In this document: in pieces, positions 62,550-64,000 of the stretch
How positions within the stretch are numbered: position 1 is the first letter of the stretch
Layout of the letters: each line of letters opens with the position of its first letter
Origin: Ginglymostoma cirratum
Lineage: Eukaryota
Length of the DNA stretch: 64,000 nt
Assembly: GCA_024137785.1 (NCBI GenBank)
Contig: JAHRHZ010000019.1
Coordinates: 44,489,624 to 44,553,623 of the forward strand
Direction of reading: 5' to 3'
Notes under the pieces: generated by a model
What the model was told of the DNA's origin: nothing
Databases searched by the model: none
Seen by the model: the letters and a program-made list of their open reading frames with translations, nothing else
Program-made: the position numbers and the translations under genes

Positions 62550-63165
62550 ATGCAAGATGGTGGCAGAGCAAATAGCTCGATGCGGAGCTCTACTCTGCTC
62601 GCCAGTTCTCTTTCTCCTTCTTTCTTTGTCCTCCATTTTTTCTCCCTTCTTCTCTCTCCCTCTGTAGTAATTCTATACCAGAACTCCTCATAATTACCTA
62701 CCTAAGGAGTTGGGAAGGAGTTGGGTCACAACTGGGAACCACCTGGGGGAAGCTGAAATGCGTGGGTATGTCCTGCAGTGATGGTGGATTGAGCGTGGGC
62801 CGGAGAGAGCGAGCCAGTGAGGCAGCAGTGTCAAGATTGGGCTGGTGAGGCAGCGGCAGTGAGAGCAAATTGGCGAGGCAGCCGAGAGCCAGACAAAGCC
62901 TGGAGCAGGAATCTGGCATAGGCACGGTGTGGGCTGGAAAGACCGGAGAGGGGCTTTGGCAGAGGCATGGTGAGGGCTAGAAAGCCCTGAGTGGGACTGC
63001 GGCAGTGGGAAGGGGAGTTGAACTCTCTTAAATTATCTTTCTTTTTCTTGTCTTATTCTAAGTTAATGTGAATGGCGCTATATATGTGTGGCGAAGGTGC
63101 ACACATTTCACTGTATTTTTACATTGAATACATGTGGCAATAAATGATTCAATTCAATTCAATTC
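62550..63165 (+). mobile_element. Non-autonomous retroposon with (ATTCA)n tail, inserted into a Penelope terminal remnant
   Basis: Starts atgcaagatggtggc and ends tttcactgta...tacatgtggcaataaa-tg-(attca)4. Flanked by aaag on both sides. The host motif ctgcagatgctggaaatctgaaacaaaa...gtgctggaaaaactcagcaggtct is restored when the insert is removed. Confidence 0.7.
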
Positions 63166-64000
63166 AAAGTGCTGGAAAAACTCAGCAGGTCTAGCAGCAT
63201 CTGTGGACAGAAAGCAAAGTTAACACTCCTAGCCACAGATGTTGCCTGACCTGCTGAGTTTCTCCAACAATTTCTGGGGTTTTTTTTACCCTCTCAACTC
63301 TACCTGTGCCATTTTCCGGAAATACTCTCCATCTCCTCCTCAGTGTCAAGTTACAGATTTGAGGTACTTCAGCTACTACTGAAATGCAAGCTTCTATAAC
63401 AATGTGATACATGAAATAATATAGAAATTACTTCACTAAAAAGTCTGACATTTCATTCCCTAGATTTGGACATAACTGGCAAGATCAACATTTATTGCCG
63501 TTCTAAATTATCTGGAGAAAGTGTCAGGCACACTTATTGAATTGTTGGTGATGGTTTGATGCAATTTAGCAGATTGCTAGATTACTTCAGAAGGTCATTA
63601 AAAGTCAACCATGTCGATTGGGAAGATTGTAATCAAATCCAGATCAGAGTGGGTAAGGTCAGTATATTTCCTCTCCGAAAGGACATTAATACACTATCTT
63701 TTAAAAATGACAATATTAGAGGAATTGTTATTCTTATTATGAACAGGTTCTTATTTTCCTTTTATAGAAAAACAAATTCAAACTTACTTAACAACATATG
63801 CTATTGTGAAATTTGAATATTCTCCACACGACTATACATATAATATGACAGGACAAGTTAAAAAAGAAAATCGATGAAAGATCACAGTATCCATTATATG
63901 GTGCAATTGTCTGAACAAGCCTTCCCAATCAGTCATAATGATAATTATGAAGACAGCCAAATAGCAAGAGAGGGAGAGAAAACATGCCATATTTTAGGAA

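Noticed and set aside
61834-64000. SS3 micro-exon (DCIRINCNS)
   Set aside because: No matching 27-nt exon was seen; it is probably upstream of the window.
1-64000. CRISPR array, rRNA or prokaryotic operon
   Set aside because: No regularly spaced repeat-spacer structure or rRNA sequence is present. This is intron-dominated vertebrate DNA.

Overview
This is vertebrate genomic DNA, almost certainly from a cartilaginous fish (shark), inferred from HE1-type SINEs and the LINE/Penelope repeat repertoire. The window lies inside one large minus-strand gene, neurexin-1 alpha (NRXN1). Five internal coding exons (123, 382, 191, 174 and 120 bp) have canonical GT-AG sites and compatible phases. They join into a 990-nt open frame encoding the end of LNS4, all of LNS5 and the third EGF repeat. 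The introns contain decayed Gypsy/Gmr1 LTR elements, a Harbinger element carrying several nested insertions, CR1/L2/Rex LINE pieces, SINEs and two assembly gaps. The most notable non-coding signals are: (i) a Penelope-like retroelement family carrying a minimal hammerhead ribozyme, present as a long 3' copy, two fixed-end ~370-bp copies, and two palindromic units bounded by 10-11 bp target-site duplications; (ii) a ~270-bp unannotated inverted repeat about 2 kb downstream of the EGF3 exon; (iii) an identical 13-mer CTCF-like motif in divergent orientation on both sides of the 382-bp exon. Family names and comparisons to human neurexins are from memory of conserved motifs, not from database searches.
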